Assembly (NCBI GenBank): GCA_028534125.1
Contig: CM052820.1
Span: 1,550,001-1,614,000 of the forward strand
DNA from: Lama glama
Lineage: Eukaryota
Direction: 5' to 3'
DNA: 64,000 nucleotides
Position numbers and translations under genes: made by a program
Part shown: positions 62,933-64,000 of the stretch, one piece after another
Position numbering within the stretch: position 1 is the first letter of the stretch
Layout: each line of letters begins with the position of its first letter
Notes under the pieces: model-generated
What the model was told of the DNA's origin: nothing
Database searches by the model: none
What the model saw: only the letters and a program-made list of their open reading frames with translations

Positions 62933-63715
62933 CGGCCCGTGGTGCCAGAGGGGTGGGGGGCCGGGGGGCCGAGTCCTGCTGGGGAGGGAGCGTGAGACCA
63001 CTCCGGGGCGTTCACGTCAGGGGACGGGCCCGGGGGAAGGTGAGTGTTCTGCTGACCTGAGGAATCATTTCCGTCTCCGAGCTGTGACATTTTATGGGTA
63101 AATGTCAAACTTCCAGTGGGAGGATTCCAGGGCCCCACAGGCCAGGTGCAGGGAATGCCGGCCTCACCTGGACGTCGAGGGACACCCCACGAGTTCCCCG
63201 CTGAGTCACAGCATGGAGGGGCCCTGCACCCCTTCGCCCCGCTGGGTGGTGGGTGAGCCTGGGTGTCCCAGAGCTGCCTCCCTTGCAGCCAGGCCTCTGA
63301 GCAGACGGGCTGTTCTTCTTATAAAGACTAACTGGTTTTTAAAAAACTTTTTTTCTTCTGAGTTTAATAGCAACACAAATATCCCAGCCCAAGACCTCTG
63401 CCTCTTCTCCTTAAGTTAGTTTTTAAGGACCCAGGGCTTCCGTCCTGTGGGAGCCCTTGGGCGCTTACAATTCCGCGTCCCCACACTGAGTGACACGCCT
63501 TCCCCCCGAGAGAGCCTCTGTCTCCAGCCTGTGTGCAGTTCCAGGTTCGAAAGCCGCCTCCTTCCTGACAAAGGCCCCACGTCCAGGAAACGTGCCGGAG
63601 CCTTCAGGGCCCGAGGGGCAGAGGGGAAGCCCAAACCCAGACATTTACTAGGGAGGAGACTCCGTTCCTTTGCAGACCTTCTAGCAGGTTCCCTGTTAGA
63701 TCTGCGCTCGCAGCA

Positions 63716-63745
63716 GGGGAGGGGAAACAGTGGGAAGGGGAGGGG
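63716..63745 (+). other. G-quadruplex-forming motif
   Basis: GGGG-A-GGGG-AAACAGT-GGG-AA-GGGG-A-GGGG. Confidence 0.6.
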
Positions 63746-64000
63746 TACCATCATCCTTACTGCTAGGACATATGCCAGCTTCCCGCCAAGCCCTTAGGTG
63801 CAGACTTCATTTTCACCCAAATCTGCAGAGACGCACAGTGAGTCAGAGAAATGCAGGCGGAGGGGCCTGGCCCCACAGCGGCCCCGAGCAGCAGCTGGGG
63901 TTTCTGGCCGAGCCCTGCCCCTCTGCTCCCTGACTTCTGCCTTCTCCCTGGGGACCCAGAGCCCCGGCTGCCCTCTGTCCCCTGGGTTCCACGCTGCCTC

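Noticed and set aside
44-63933. Hundreds of ORFs of 60-296 aa in the supplied track (e.g. 9075..9932, 22145..22978, 25150..26037, 32144..33034, 45029..45898)
   Set aside because: Pro/Arg/Gly/Ala-rich, overlapping in all six frames and without recognisable domains. This is expected from stop-codon scarcity in GC-rich non-coding DNA, and many use non-ATG starts.
1-64000. A novel multi-gene or defence-type biological system, or a named host gene
   Set aside because: No coding genes, operon structure or diagnostic RNA elements are visible, and no sequence here lets me identify the host gene.

Overview
GC- and CpG-rich mammalian genomic DNA, not prokaryotic. A tRNA-derived SINE of the camelid (Vic-1-like) type at 17.1-17.2 kb and cetartiodactyl-type L1 3' ends suggest a camel/alpaca-like genome; this is an inference from recalled repeat consensuses, not a search. 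I recognise no intact protein-coding gene or coding exon. The ORF track is explained by chance GC-rich ORFs plus decayed LINE-1 ORF1/ORF2 remnants. The window looks like one long intron, possibly a first intron: it has a CpG-island-like start, and 10 of the 12 L1 remnants I list lie antisense to +, suggesting a + strand host gene I cannot name. It contains old interspersed repeats (L1, L2, MIR, Tigger1, MER47/Tigger5), two solo ERV LTRs, micro- and minisatellites and one 128-bp assembly gap. I found no evidence of a new multi-gene system. The most notable signals are patchy, strong AT-to-GC rewriting of ancient repeats (consistent with GC-biased gene conversion), a triple-octamer enhancer candidate at 52.4-52.7 kb, several other motif-dense enhancer candidates, an old 64-bp local duplication and a candidate recursive splice site or microexon. 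Repeat boundaries are approximate.
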